A stretch of 64,000 nucleotides of DNA from Malacoraja senta (lineage: Eukaryota), in assembly GCA_038087875.1 (NCBI GenBank), contig CM075994.1, forward strand, positions 10,418,001-10,482,000, in the 5' to 3' direction. The position numbers and the translations under genes were made by a program. This document shows, piece by piece, positions 37,640 through 51,594 of this stretch. Within the stretch, counting starts at the first letter, position 1. The number at the start of each line of letters is the position of its first letter. The notes beneath the pieces are model-generated. The model saw only the letters and a program-made list of their open reading frames with translations. It was not told where the DNA came from and ran no database searches.

Positions 37640-38072
37640 GACCAGATGAGCGTCCCTTGTAGCCCGGGTCCGGAGGGGAAGGAGCACCACCACTCCACCT
37701 CGGGTCCGTAGGGGGAGGAGTGGCACTGCTGTCAGTGACCGAAGGACTGGTGACGGGATCTAGGAAGTGGGCAGGAACGAAGATATCCTGGTTGGGTTGA
37801 TCCTAGGCCTGGCAAAGAAGGCCATCTGCAAGTCACGGCGCCAGGTGGAAGAGGGCTTTGCCCGAGCTTGATGCTTGCCCCTTTCCCAGGGTTACGTCCG
37901 CGCCCGGTTGGTGTTGGAGAGGCTGGTGTTATTTGTAACATAGTTGTTTGTAATTTAATGTCTGAATAGTTTGGTGATTCTGTAATAAGGTGGTGGGTGA
38001 GTCACCACGGTTTTGTTTTGTTTTTTGTTTTGCATCATTTTGGAATTTAAATAATTTTTTTGAGTCAAAAAA
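37640..38072 (+). mobile_element. Tx1-like 3' fragment (module copy)
   Basis: EDILVGLILGLAKKAICKSRRQ..CLPL; left TSD aaggggaacatctagg 37624-37639. Confidence 0.7.
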
Positions 38073-40372
38073 AGATTACATCTAGGTTCTTCATCTCCAA
38101 AGGGGTTCAGAGAGCAGAGTCAGTGAGAATTGTGCCAACTTCACCAAGAATGGTGACACATTCCAGACTGACACATTTTAAGAATATGACCTTTGTCATC
38201 CATAGAACCGAGTTTGAAGGAGTTTATTATAGGTAGTCAGTTCCAAATATGTTTAGCAAAGGAGTTCAAGTGATAGAACAGAAGGGCTGTGGTGGGTAAA
38301 TAGTACTTGTAGGCTTGTTCAATAGGCACAGCTGTACATGTGCAATTAGTTTAATAGTACTGTGAGGTATATAGGAAAGCAGTGTACTCAATTCACGTTT
38401 CCTTCAAAGTAATAATTACTACCACAAGCAAGGAACAGGAAAAACAAGGAACTACAGAAGGTTTCCCAAGGCTTCCATCCATTACTCCCACTGTCGCGTC
38501 CCTCTCCCCTCATCTGACACCCTTTAATCTCCTTTGCATCCCTGGGCTTTGTGACTTACTCTTGTGCAACTGTCAATCACCACCTCCCCCCATCCCTTCC
38601 CTGCAACCACCTATCACTTAAGATAGACACAAAGTGCTGGAGCCACTCAGCGGGTCAGGCAGCATCTCTGGAGTAAAATGATGGGTGATGTTTCGGGTTG
38701 GGATCCTTCTTCAAACAGGGGTAACATTTCAGGTGGGCACCCTCCCTCAGACTGACCCCCTGAGTTTCTCCAGTGTTCCTTTCGACACCACCGACTCAAA
38801 GGGCTGAATGGCCTACTCCCGTACCTATTGTCTATTATCACTTGCCCTGCTTCACCTGCATACGAGGGGGATAATCTATCGCAGCCAATCCATAGAAGCC
38901 ACGTCCATGGGATTATGGAGGGAATCCCACGCAGTTACAAGGTGAATTACAGACTCCACCCGAGGTTACAAGTTAATCCAGATCACTGGAACCTTCGTGC
39001 AGCTGCTCTCTAAGTTGATCAGACTGACCTTCCCACCATGGAAGGGTTCTATAGGAAGCACTGCCTCAAAAAGGCAGCTGATATCAACAAAGACAAGCTC
39101 TCATTTCACTTCCACAATCAGGAAGAAGGTGCAACAATCTGAAAACCACCACCAGCAGGTTAAAGAATAGCTACTTCCCAAATAAACATCAGGTTCATAA
39201 GGTCAGTAGGAACAGGAGTTGAATTAGGCCATTCGGGACATCAAGTCTACTCTGACATTCAGTCATGGCTGATCTATCTCTCCCTCCTAACCCCTCTCTG
39301 CTGCCGTCTCCCCTTAACCTCTGACACCCGTAGTAATCAAGAATCTTTCAATCTTTACTCATATGACAGTCCCGCCATCCCAGGGATCAATCTCGTGAAC
39401 CTACGCTGCACTGCCTCAATCACAAGGATGTCCTTTCTCAAATTAGGGAGGTAGGTACTATCCCAGCGTTCAAGAAACAGTTAGTTATGTACATGGATAG
39501 GATAGGTTTGGAGGGATATGGACCAAATGCACGCAGGTGGGACTAGTGTAGCTGGGAAATGTTGGCCGGTGTGGGCAAGTTGGTCCAAAGGGCCTGTTTC
39601 CACGCTGTATGACTCTATCTCAACTATCAGTTAATTCCAGAGCAGAGTGCAGCACCTCTTATTCTGCCCGACTTGCTTGCAACCCAACAGTATGATCAGT
39701 GAAGATAGACACAAAATGCTGGGTTAACTCAGCGGGTCAGGCTGCATCTCTGACTCTGGAGACCAGCATCTGCACGCCTGTTTCCCTGCTGTAGCTTTAA
39801 ACTAAAACTTAAAAAATAACTAAACTATGAACGGTCTATGGTTGAACAAAGAACTTTGGACATTTCTGCACTAGTATTTTTTTTCTTTTCATGGTTGTTA
39901 TTCATTGTTTTTTTTAAAATTATGTTATCTATCAGTATTGTGCTTACAGGCCTGTTATGCTGCTGTTGGTAAGAATGTCATCTTGACTCTTGTGACCAGA
40001 CATTTGACATGACTATTGATCCACCATGCCATATATAGGTAGTTCGGCTAAAACGCAATAGTTGTGTTCTTAAGAAGCCTCAAGCTATAGGAAAAATGCT
40101 TTATAAAAACAATCATGTCAATGGGGATTAAGGAGTTAGGGGAGAGGGAGTTTTTGGGTTTGAATAACAAAGTTTTTCCTCTACCTTCAGTATTTTTGAC
40201 AAAAGGCAGTTTAATAGCTGCAAGATTTTTGTCTCTAATTATGGTAAGCTCTGCCTTAACCCAATTTTAGTGTCTCCTCCCCAAGGTCCAGACTTATCCT
40301 TTTTCATAAACATCTTAAAATTTAGGCAATTGTGATCACTGGGTCTAAAACACTCTGACACTGAAACACTAG

Positions 40373-40874
40373 TTCACCTGCACCTCCTCCAACCTCACCT
40401 ATTGCATCCGCTGCTCTAGGTGTCAACTGCTCTACATCGGTGAGACCAAGTGCAGGGTTGGCAATCGCTTCGCCCAACAGCTCCGCTCGGTTCGCATTAA
40501 CCAACCTGATCTCCCGGTGGCTCAGCACTTCAACTGTCCCTCCCATTCCGAATCCGACCTTTCGGTCCTGGGCCTCCTCCATGGCCAGAGTGAGTCCTAC
40601 TGCAAATTAGAAGAGCAGCACCTCATATTTCGCTTGGGTAGTTTACACCCCAGCGGTATCAACATTGACTTTCCCAATTTGAGGTAGTCATTGCTTTATC
40701 CCTCCTTCCCCTCCCTTTCCCAGCTCTCCTACAGCTTACCGTCTCCACCGCTTCCTTTTTTCTTCCCGCCCCCACCCCATCACCTATTCCTTCACTCCAT
40801 AGATGCTGCCTCACCCGCTGAGTTTCTCCAGCATTTTTGTCTACCTTCAATTTTTCTAGCATCTGCAGTTCTTT
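40373..40874 (+). mobile_element. Penelope-like fragment (duplicate)
   Basis: Copy of 9605-10095. Confidence 0.85.
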
Positions 40875-41311
40875 CTGAAACACGTCATTTGGCCAGGCCC
40901 ACTTCCCTGCGCAAGGCTCAGTATGGTCCCTCCTAGAATTAGATTATCCCCATACTGACTTTACTAAACAAATGTTGCCCCATCAAGCCCTTTTGCACCA
41001 AGTCCCAGTCAATAAGTTAAAGTAGCGAACAACAATAACCATGAGATCAGATCATGGTCCCCAAGAAATGGCTGTTTCAACAAAATCTGGGTCAAAAGGT
41101 TGAAATGGTCTTGGTTGAAGATAGTCATCACAATGGGCCAGGCATACCTGTGCAGATAGGCAGAATATTCAGCTTATGAGAGCTGACATTGGTTTGCCTT
41201 AGAATTGTAGCAAAGAGTTTTCATACCATTATTCCACACAGAAATAACAAACTCAAACCCTAATGTTAATAGCCTGAGACTTCAAATTGGCTGCTGGGAG
41301 GAGAATAGAGA

Positions 41312-42292
41312 CAATACACAATAGGTGCAGGAGTAGGCCATTCGGCCCTTCGAGGCAGCACCGCCATTCAATGTGATCATGGCCGATCATCCCCAATCAG
41401 TACCCCGTTCCTACCTTCTCCCCATATCCCCCGACTCCACTATTTTTTAAAGTATCTAGCTCTCTCTTGAAAGCAACCAGAGAACCTGCCTCCACCGCCC
41501 TCTGAGGCAGAGAATTCCACAGACTCACCACTCTCTGTGAAAAAAAGTGTTTCCTCGTCTCCGTTCTAAATGGCTTACTCCTTATTCTGGAACTGTGGCC
41601 CCTGGTTCTGGACTCCCCCACCATTTGGAACATGTTTCCTGCCTCTAGCGTGTCCAAGCCCTTAACAATCTTATATGTTTCAATGAGATAACCTCTCATC
41701 CTTCTAAACTCCAGAGTGTACAAGCCCAGCTGCTCCATTCTCTCAGCATATGACAGTCCCACCATCCCGGGAATTAACCTTGTAAACCTACACTGCACTC
41801 CCTCAATAGCAAGAATGTCCTTCCTCAAATTAGGGGACCAAAATTGCACACAATACTCCGGGTGTGGTCTCTCTAGGGCCCTGTACAACTGCAGAAGGAC
41901 CTCTTTACTCCTATATTCGATTTCTCTTGTTATAAAGGCCAACATGCCATTCACTTTCTTCATTGCCTGCTGTACCTGCATGCTAACTTTCATAGACTGA
42001 TGTACAAGGACCCCCAGATCCCGTTGTACTTCCCCTTTTCCCAACTTGACGCCATTTAGATAGTAATCTGCCTTCCAGTTTTTGCTACCAAAGTGGATAA
42101 CCTCACATTTATCCGCATTAAACTTCATCTGCCATGCATCTGCCCAACCCCCCCAACCTGTCCAAGTCACCCTGCATTCTCATAGCATCCTCCTCGCCGT
42201 TCACACTGCCACCCAGCTTTGTGTCATCTGCAAATGTTCTAATGTTACTTTGAGTCCCTTCATCCAAATTATTGATGTGCATTGTAAATAGC
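41312..42292 (-). mobile_element. CR1 3' fragment (duplicate)
   Basis: ORF 41397-42170. Confidence 0.9.
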
Positions 42293-43071
42293 ATGGGGGT
42301 GGGGTAAATGCCAAGAGTAGAAACAACGCATAAAAGGAAGCAAAGTGCCGAAGTATCTCAGCAAGTCATGCAACCGCTCTGGAGAACATGGATAGGTGAT
42401 GTTTCAGCTCACGACTATGACATCCATGTGCATCAGTGATGCTGCAACTCACTAAGTTACATTAGCACATATGCATATGACGGGTCTAAAGAATGGTCCC
42501 AACTCAAAATGACACAGAACAATGTTCTCCAGACATTCTGCCCAACCCATTAGGTTACCAGACCTCTGCATCTCTCACGGATTAGATATGCATATAAAGA
42601 GTCAAGATGATTCCGTAACCAAAATGTCACCTAACCGGGTTCTGCAGAGATGTTGCCCAACCCAATGAGTCACTCCAGCATTTAGTGTCTCTTTGATTGT
42701 AAACCGCCATCTAAAGTTCCTTGTGTCTAGTAGAAACACCAGTACAGGGTTAAACTTCAAGAGGCTGTTTATTGGTATAAAGCGACCTTAGTAAACATGA
42801 TATTTAAACAAAGCTATACCAAGTAAAACCACCAAGTAGAACAATTAAAAATAATTTACAGAAGGCAACATATACAACAGTAATCCAAGAAGATACCAAA
42901 AGCCCAGATGGGTTAACACCACCCCCCACCCCTCCCTCTCCCAAAAAATGTACAAATTGCAAACAATTACAAAAGAATAAGAAACGAGTTCAGGAAAGTC
43001 CTCCGGAAACTAGGAGGTCAGTGCCATTAGTTTAAGGTCAATATGTCCTGATGATGTTTGTTGGCTTTGTT

Positions 43072-44994
43072 TCAATCCACCTCCTCAATGGTAGGTCCTG
43101 AGGAAGCGGTGTTCCGGGCCTGATCTCGGCATGACTCTCCCGGGGCCGCTCCTTGGTAAAGTTTGGCCATGACGGGATGGCAGACTTTCTCCAGCTCTTT
43201 CTGCTGGTGCTGAAACTCCTCGACCTCCGCCGTCTGATTCTTCTCCAGCCACGATATCGTCTGGTTGCACCGGTCAACCACCGCCCTCTTGTCCTCATCG
43301 CTCACCTTACTCGCCACCTTCTCGTCGGCCATTGTGCTCTTCACATTGTAGGCGTAGGTCTCCAGGGAGTTCTTGGCTGCAACCTTCTCCCTCTGCATTT
43401 CATCCTCATTCTTGTACTTCTCTGCATCTTGCACCATTCGGTCAATTTCCTCCTTGCTCAGCCTGCCCTTGTCGTTGGTGATGGTGATCTTGTTTGTTCG
43501 GCCAGTGCTCTTGTCAGCGGCAGAAACGTTGAGGATGCCATTGGCGTCGATGTCGAAGGTCACCTCGATCTGGGGCACTCCACGAGGGGCAGGTGGGATG
43601 CCGTTCAAGTCAAACTTGCCCAGAAGGTTGTTGTCCTTGGTCATGGCCCTCTCACCTTCGTACACCTGAGTGAGGACGCCAGGCTGGTTGTCAGAGTAGG
43701 TGCTGAAGATCTGGGTCTGCTTGGTGGGAATGGTGGTGTTCCGCTTGATGAGGGTTGTCATGACACCGCCCGCCGTCTCCAGACCCATGGATAGAGCAGC
43801 AACGTCCAGGAGAAGCAGGTCCTGGACGTTCTCCGACTTGTCCCCCATCAGAATGGCCGCTTGGACAGCCGCCCCGTAGGCCACCGCCTCGTCAGGGTTG
43901 ATGCTCTTGTTCAGCCCCTTGCCGTTGAAGAAATCTTGCAGCAGCTTCTGGATCTTGGGGATGCGGGTGGAGCCGCCGACCAGGACAATTTCATGGACCT
44001 GAGACTTGTCCAACTTGGCATCTCTCAGGGCTTTCTCCACCGGCTCCACCGTTCCTCGGAGCAGGTCAGCGTTCAGTTCCTCAAAACGAGCCCTGGTGAT
44101 TGAGGTGTAGAAGTCAATGCCCTCAAACAGAGAGTCTATCTCAATACTAGCCTGGGTGCTGGAAGACAGGGTTCTCTTTGCTCTCTCGCAGGCTGTCCGC
44201 AGCCTCCTCACCGCCCTCTTGTTCGGGCTAATGTCCTTCTTGTTTTTGCGTTTGAACTCCTCAATGAAGTGGCTGACCATGCGATTGTCAAAGTCCTCTC
44301 CACCCAGGTGGGTATCGCCGGTGGTGGACTTCACTTCAAAGATACCGTCATCGATGGCGAGAATGGACACATCGAAGGTGCCGCCACCCAGGTCAAAGAT
44401 GAGGACATTGCGCTCTCCACTGCCCTTCGTGTCCAGGCCGTAGGCAATGGCACCTGCAGTTGGTTCATTGATCACACGCAGGACATTGAGACCAGCGATC
44501 ACGCCGGCATCTTTGGTTGCCTGCCGCTGGGAGTCATTGAAGTAAGCGGGCACGGTGATAACAGCATTGGTGACACTAGCGCCCAGGTAAGCCTCGGCCA
44601 CCTCCTTCATCTTGGTCAGCACCATGGAGGAGATCTCCTCCGGGTAGAAGGTTTTATTCTCCCCCTTGTACTCCACCTTCACCTTGGGCTTCCCAGCGTC
44701 GCTCACCACCTGGAAGGGCCAGTGCTTCATGTCGGCCTGGACCACGGGGTCGTCGAACCTCCTCCCGATGAGCCTCTTGGCGTCGAAGACGGTGTTGGAT
44801 GGGTTCATGGCCACCTGGTTCTTGGCCGCGTCGCCGATGAGCCTCTCGGTGTCGTTGAAGGCCACGTAGCTGGGGGTGGTGCGGTTGCCCTGGTCGTTGG
44901 CGATGATCTCCACCTTGCCATGCTGGAAGACGGCAACACAGGAGTAGGTGGTGCCCAGGTCGATGCCAATGGCTGTTCCCTTGGATCCTGGCAT
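43072..44994 (-). CDS. hsp70: Intronless hsp70 copy 3, 640 aa
   Basis: Full HSP70 signatures, GPTIEEVD; private changes G360, T442, N464, T546. Confidence 0.96.
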   Translation of the reverse strand: MPGSKGTAIGIDLGTTYSCVAVFQHGKVEIIANDQGNRTTPSYVAFNDTERLIGDAAKNQVAMNPSNTVFDAKRLIGRRFDDPVVQADMKHWPFQVVSDAGKPKVKVEYKGENKTFYPEEISSMVLTKMKEVAEAYLGASVTNAVITVPAYFNDSQRQATKDAGVIAGLNVLRVINEPTAGAIAYGLDTKGSGERNVLIFDLGGGTFDVSILAIDDGIFEVKSTTGDTHLGGEDFDNRMVSHFIEEFKRKNKKDISPNKRAVRRLRTACERAKRTLSSSTQASIEIDSLFEGIDFYTSITRARFEELNADLLRGTVEPVEKALRDAKLDKSQVHEIVLVGGSTRIPKIQKLLQDFFNGKGLNKSINPDEAVAYGAAVQAAILMGDKSENVQDLLLLDVAALSMGLETAGGVMTTLIKRNTTIPTKQTQIFSTYSDNQPGVLTQVYEGERAMTKDNNLLGKFDLNGIPPAPRGVPQIEVTFDIDANGILNVSAADKSTGRTNKITITNDKGRLSKEEIDRMVQDAEKYKNEDEMQREKVAAKNSLETYAYNVKSTMADEKVASKVSDEDKRAVVDRCNQTISWLEKNQTAEVEEFQHQQKELEKVCHPVMAKLYQGAAPGESCRDQARNTASSGPTIEEVD

Positions 44995-45100
44995 CTCTGT
45001 TTCTCTACAAAGTTTGTCTTCAGATTCCTGTCTTCAGTCGCAGTTGTTGCTTTTTTAAAATAAGCTGCTGCAAGTTGCTGGTACAACCAGCCACCAGCTC

Positions 45101-45490
45101 CTTATATACCTTGAGCGCCCCAGATGTGGGCGGCGCTGCGCTCGGCTCGACCAATGGGAGGAGGCGCCGGAGAGTCACCGCCAGAACGTTGGAGAACGTT
45201 CTGAAGCAAGTGAGCAATCGCAGGGCGAGGGGGCGCAGCCAGGGGCGGGGATTGGCCGGGCCCGCCGGCCAATGGGGTGGGTACACCCTGCCCGCCAGCC
45301 AATGGCGGGGTTGGACCCGCCCACTCTTGGATGGACGGCGCTGGCGGCCAATGGGAGAGCGGGTCGGTGATGTCATCGGCCAATGCAGGAAGCTGGAAGT
45401 GGCGGCTTTAGTTTGAGCGAGAAAGTTCTGCAAAGTTCGGGAAAGTGGCAGAAAGTTCCGGAATGTGGCCAGAAAGTGCTGGAAAGTTGT
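45101..45490 (-). promoter_or_regulatory. hsp70 copy 3 promoter
   Basis: TATA 45101-45108; HSE 45183-45202; distal HSE array 45420-45490; AP-1 altered (45171-45177). Confidence 0.88.
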
Positions 45491-45786
45491 TGTGTGGGTG
45501 GGGTTGGGGGTGGTGGTGTAGGAATGTTACAACATTTTGAGATTTTAAAAATCAAGCCTGTAATTTATCGCATCACATAAAGTATAAAAAGAACTTTAAT
45601 TTGATACATAATTCACTTTAATATCTTCAGTATTAAAAAAAGTTATGGTCATTTTCATGCTCGGAAATCAGCATCTTGTTCCCATTGCTTTTCCATCAAC
45701 TTAACACAAAAGCTGTGATCGACGACTGGAGGAGGGGGTGGGGAGTTGTGGGGGGGGGGGGGGTAGGGATAGGGGTGGGGGTGGGG

Positions 45787-46172
45787 TGACCAGTAGGGCG
45801 TCCCTTGTAGCCAGGGTCCGGAGGGCAAGGACTTTATAGCCAGGGTCCGGAGTGGTCTAGGATGTGGGCAGGGCCGAAGATGTCTTGGTTGGGTTGATCT
45901 TAGGCCTGGCCAAGCTGGCCATCCGCCAGTCACGGCACCAGGCGGAAGAGGGCTTTGCCCGAGCCTGCTGCTTGCCCCTTTCCAGGGGTTACGTCCATGC
46001 CCAGGTGGTGTTAGAGAAGCTGGTGTTATTTGTAACATAGTTGTTTGTAATTTAATGTCTGAATAGTTTGGTGATTCTGTAATATGGTGGTGGGTGTGTC
46101 AACCCGGTTTTTTGTATTTTTGTTTTGCATCATGTTGGAATTTAAATAAATAATTTTTTTGATACAAAAAAA
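45787..46172 (+). mobile_element. Tx1-like 3' fragment (module copy)
   Basis: EDVLVGLILGLAKLAIRQSRHQAEEGFARACCLPLSRGYV. Confidence 0.7.
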
Positions 46173-47940
46173 AGGGGAACATCTAAGTTCTTCATCTCCA
46201 AAGGGGTTCAGTTAGCAGATTCATTGAAAATTGTGCCAACTTCACGAAGAATGGTGACACGTTCTAGACTGACACATTTTAAGGATGTGACCATTGTCAG
46301 CCATAAAACTAAGTGTTAAGGAGTTTATTATAGGTAGTCAGTTCCAAATATGTTTAGCAAATGAGTTCAAGTGATAGAACAGAAGGGCTGTGGTGGGTAA
46401 ATAGTAATTGTAGGCGTGCTCAATAGGCACAGCTGTATACGTGCAATTAGTTTAATAGTACTGTTTAATAGCAGTGCATCAATTAACACGTTTCCTTCAA
46501 AGTAATGATTACTACAGCAAGCAAGGAACAGGAAAAACAAGGAACTACAGAAGGTTTCCCAAGGTTTCCATCCATTTCTCCCACTGTCGTTCCCTCTCCC
46601 CTCATCTGAAATCTTTTAATCTCCATTGCATCCCTGGGCTTTGTCATTACTCTTGTGGAGCTGTCAATCACCACCTCCCCCCATCCATTCCCTGCAACCA
46701 CCTATCACTTAAGATAGACACAAAGTGCTGGAGTCACTCAGCGGGTCAGGCTGCATCGCTGGAGATAAATGATAGGTGACGTTTCGGGTCTGGACCCTTC
46801 TTCAAACAGGGGTGACATGTTGGGTGGGGACCCTCCCTCAGGCTGACCCCCCGAGTTACTCCAGTATTTTTGGGGTTGTTATTTTTTATTTTTTTAAATT
46901 ATGTTATCTATGAGTATTGTACTTTCAGGCCTGTTATGCTGCTGTTGGTAAGAATATCATCTTGACTCTTGTGACCAGACATTTGACATGACTATTGATC
47001 CACCATGCCATATATAAGTAGTTTGGCTAAAACGCAATAGTTGTGTTCTTAAAAAGCCTCAAGACATAGGAAAATGCTTTATAAAAACAATCATGTCAAT
47101 GGGGATTAAGGAGTGAGGGGTGAGGGAGTTTTGGGGTTTGAATAACAACGTTTTTTCCTCTATTTTCAAGATTAAGGTAGTTTAATAGCTGCAAGATTTT
47201 TGTGTCTAATTATGGTAAGCTCTGCCTTAACCCAATTTTAGTGCCTCCTCCCCAAAGTCCAGAATTATCCTTATTCATAAACATCTTAAAATGTAAGCAA
47301 TTGTGATCACTGCGTCTAAAACACACCAACACTGAAACACCAGTCATCTGGCCAGGCCCACTTCCCTGTACAAGGCTCAGTATGGTCCCTCCTGGAGTTG
47401 GACTATCCCCATACTGACTTTAATTAATACAATTTTGCCCCATCAAGCCCTTTTGCTCCAAGTCCCAGTCAATATTGCTGAAGTTAAAGTCGCCCACGAT
47501 AATAACCATGAGATCAGATCATGGTCCCCAAGAACTGGTTGTTTTAACAAAATCTGGGTCAAATGTTGAAATGGTCTTGGTTCAAGAGAGTCATCACAAT
47601 GGGCCAGGCATACCTGTGCCGATAGGCAGAATATTCAGCTTACGAGAGCTGACATTGGTTTGCATTAGAATTGTAGCAAAGAGTTTTCATACCATTGTTC
47701 CCCACGGAATTAACAAACTCAAATTCTAATGTTGATAGCCAGAGGCTGCAAATCGGCCGCTGGGAGGAGAATAGAGATGGAGGGGGTGGGGGGTGTGTGG
47801 TGGTAGTGGGGGTGGGGTTGAGTGTGGGCGGGTGGGTGATGGTGGTGTTGGTGTGGGTGGTGGGGTGGGGGGGTTTTGGGGGGCGGGTGTCGAAGACTCC
47901 CCGACACACTGGTGGGAAGCAACCAAGGGGAACATCGAGG

Positions 47941-48374
47941 GGCCAGAAGAGCGTCGCTTGTAGCCAGGGTCTGGAGGGCAAGGTGCACCACCACTCCACC
48001 TAGGGTCCGTAGGGAGAGGAGTGGCACTGTTGTCAGAGACTGAAGGACTGGTGACGGGATCTAGGAAGTGGGCAGGAACGAAGATGTCCTGGTTGGGTTG
48101 ATCCTCGGCCTGGCCAAGATGGCCATCTGCAAGTCACGGCGCCAGGCAGAAGAGGGCTTTGCCCGAGCCTAATGCTTGTCGCTTTCGCGAGGTTACGTCC
48201 GCGCCCGGGTGGTGTTGGAGAGGGCGATGTTATTTGTAACACAGTTGTTTGTAATTTAATGTCTGAATAGTTTGGTGATTCTGTAATATGGTGGTGGGTG
48301 AGTCACCACAGTTTTGTGTATTTTTGTTTTGTATCATGTTGGAATTTAAATAAATATTTTTTTTAATACAAAAT
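47941..48374 (+). mobile_element. Tx1-like 3' fragment (module copy) with TSD
   Basis: Flanks 47925-47940 and 48375-48389. Confidence 0.7.
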
Positions 48375-48426
48375 AAGGGAACATCTAGGTTCTTCATCTC
48401 CAAAGGGGTTCTGAGAGCAGAGTCAG

Positions 48427-48626
48427 NNNNNNNNNNNNNNNNNNNNNNNNNNNNNNNNNNNNNNNNNNNNNNNNNNNNNNNNNNNNNNNNNNNNNNNNNN
48501 NNNNNNNNNNNNNNNNNNNNNNNNNNNNNNNNNNNNNNNNNNNNNNNNNNNNNNNNNNNNNNNNNNNNNNNNNNNNNNNNNNNNNNNNNNNNNNNNNNNN
48601 NNNNNNNNNNNNNNNNNNNNNNNNNN
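48427..48626. other. Assembly gap (200 N)
   Basis: Run of N. Confidence 1.
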
Positions 48627-48734
48627 GATGGGGGGAGGTGGTGATTGACAGCTGCACAAGAGTAAGTGACAAAGCCCAGGGATGCAAATGAGATTAGAAG
48701 GTGTCAGATGAGGGGAGAGGGACACGACAGTGGG

Positions 48735-51594
48735 TTTGCTGTGTGTTTGTTTTCACGGAATCATGGCTCCACGGTAATGTCCCAGACAGAGCAATACAGC
48801 TGGAGGGAATGACATCGTTCCGTGCGGACAGAGAGGCAGCTGGCTCTGGTAAGAGCCGAGGTGGAGGCCTGTGCTTGTACATAAACAAGGACTGGTGTGT
48901 GAACGCTACGATAGCCGGGAAACACTGCTCTCCGCTGATAGAATTCCTCATCGTGAAATGTCGGCCTTTCTATCTGCCGAGTGAATTCTCCGTTGTTTTC
49001 TTTGTGGCTGTATATGTTGCTCCAAGCGTTAATGTAAATTCTAAGGCCAACGAATCACTGGGAGCTCTGCATGACGCCATCAGTGAGTTCCAGACCAAAC
49101 ATCCTGATAGCTTCATTGTGGTGGCCGGGGATTTTAATCACACCAGCCTTAAGACGGTGCTCCCAAAATTCAAGCAATATGTGGATTTTGAGACCAGGGA
49201 GAGAACATCTTGGACTTGGTTTACACCAACACCCAGAGGCTTACAAGGCAGCCCCACGCCCTCACCTGGGCCACTCGGACCACATTTCAGTGTTTTTAAC
49301 ACCAGCCTACAGACCTCGGCAGAAACAAGTCAGAGCGGAGAGAAAACACACCAGCGTCTGGCCAGAGGGAGCAGCCTCAGCACTGCAGGATTGCTTCCTG
49401 CACACTGACTGGGATGTGTTCAGGACAGCGGCATCCTATGACGACCTCATCAACATCCAGGAGTACGCAGAGACTGTAACCAGCTACATTGCCAAGTGCA
49501 CCGAGGATGTCACCATCATGAAAACCTTCACTGCACGTGGAAACAAAAAGCCATGGATGACGGCAGAGGTACGCTCACTGCTGAGGGCTCGTGATGAAGC
49601 CTACAGAGCCGGTAACACATCCGCTCTTCGATCTAGCAGGACTGCACTGGAAAAAGGAATCAGGGCAGCGAAACGTGCCTACGCGGGAAAAATCCAGGGA
49701 CACCTCTGTGACACAGGAGACACCAGGAGGATGTGGAAGGGAATCCAAACACTGACGGGGTACAGGGCAAGGCAGCAGGTAACTGACACGGATTCTTCTC
49801 TCCATGATGAACTAAACAACTTCTTCGCTCGTTTTGATGCAGCAAACACCACACCCAAGGGGAGAGCCAGTCCCTGCATACAAACCGACCAGCCAGTCCT
49901 GACCATAGACCCTATGGACACACGGAGAATCCTGTCTAAGGTCAACCCGTGGAAAGCAGTCGGACCCGATAACATCCCAGGACGTGTGCTTAAGGAATGT
50001 GCTGAGGAGTTAGCATATGTGCTAACGGACATCTATAACATCTCCCTCAGTCAAGCCATTGTCCCCACATGCCTCAAAACGAGTACAATTATCCCAATAG
50101 CGAAGAAACCAGTTGTTGCCTGCCTAAATGATTACCGCCCTGACCCCAATAATAATGAAGTGTTTTGAACGCCTGGTGAAACCCCACATTACTGCCAGCC
50201 TCCCCTCATCGTTAGACCCCCTCCAGTTTGCCTATCGCCCCAACCGTTCTACAGATGACGCCATCTCTACCACGCTGCACACAGTGCTCACGCATCTGGA
50301 AAAAAGTAACACATACGCCAGAATCCTGTACATTGACTTCAGCTCTGCGTTCAACACCATCATCCCACAGAGACTTGTGGAGAAACTAACCCTGCTGGGC
50401 CTCAACACCACCCTGTGTCACTGGATCTTGGACTTTCTGACAGAGAGACCGCAGTCAGACCGTGTGGGCAAGAACACTTCAGGCTCGATCACGCTGAGCA
50501 CCGGCTCACCTCAAGGCTGTGTGCTCAGCCCGCTGTTGTTCACATTGCTCACACATGACTGTGCGGCCAGATTCAGGGACAATATGATCATAAAATTCGC
50601 GGATGACACAACAGTGGTGGGACTCAGCAGAGATGATGAATCAATGTACAGGGAGGAAGTAAAACAACTAGTGGACTGGTGCGGCAAAAATAATCTAGAA
50701 CTAAATGTGGAAAACACAAAGGAGATGGTTGTCGACTTCAGGAGGGCGCAGCCAAAGCATGCACCCCTTAACATCAGTGGCGCCACAGTGGAGAGAGTGG
50801 AGAGCATAAAGTTCCTCGGGATGCAAATTACGGACAGCCTCACCTGGTCCTGAAACACCACTGGGACCGTCAAAAGGGCCCATCAGCGACTGCACTTCCT
50901 GAGGAAACTAAAATAGGCCTCACTCCCCACCAACATCCTCAGGACTTTCTACAGGGGTACGGTGGAGTCTGTACTCACGTACTGTTTAAATACGTGGTAC
51001 TCAACCTGCAACTGCTCGGACAGGAAGGCTCTGCAGAGGGTAGTGAGGGGAGCAGAGAAGATCATTGGCGTCTCCCTACCCTCGGTACAAGAACTGTTCC
51101 TGAGCCGCTGTCAGAAAAAAGCCCAAAAAATTGCCAAGGACAAAATGCACCCCCTCCACATACACCTGGATCTCCTGCCATCAGGCAAGAGATATCGCAG
51201 CATCAAAGCCCGGACTACAAGACTGCTAAACAGCTTCCTGCCATATGCTGTGAGGCTGCTAAACAGCCACTCTGTACTCAGTCACCTGATTCTGCGGCTT
51301 GGCACGGACACTATAATAACTGGCACTGGCCACTTCAATAACTGGCACTGACCACTCAAATCAGCCACCCCGGACATGTTTATGGTTGGTCTTACTGTAT
51401 TTTAACGTTGTTTGTATCTATTTTAACTTATACTGTTCCATCAGGGACTGGATTGTTTTAGTGTTGTTATTATTATTATTACGTGTGAAATGTTTTAAAC
51501 GTCATGTGCGATGCTCCGGTATTCCCTGGGAAACGTCTTTTCGTTTTGCACTGCACAACTGTTGCTTGCAAGATGACAATAAAGGAATTGAATT
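48735..51594 (+). mobile_element. Rex1/Babar LINE (duplicate of 15793-18652)
   Basis: Same junctions and shared lesions (frameshift after NDYRP, stop after LTWS). Confidence 0.88.
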
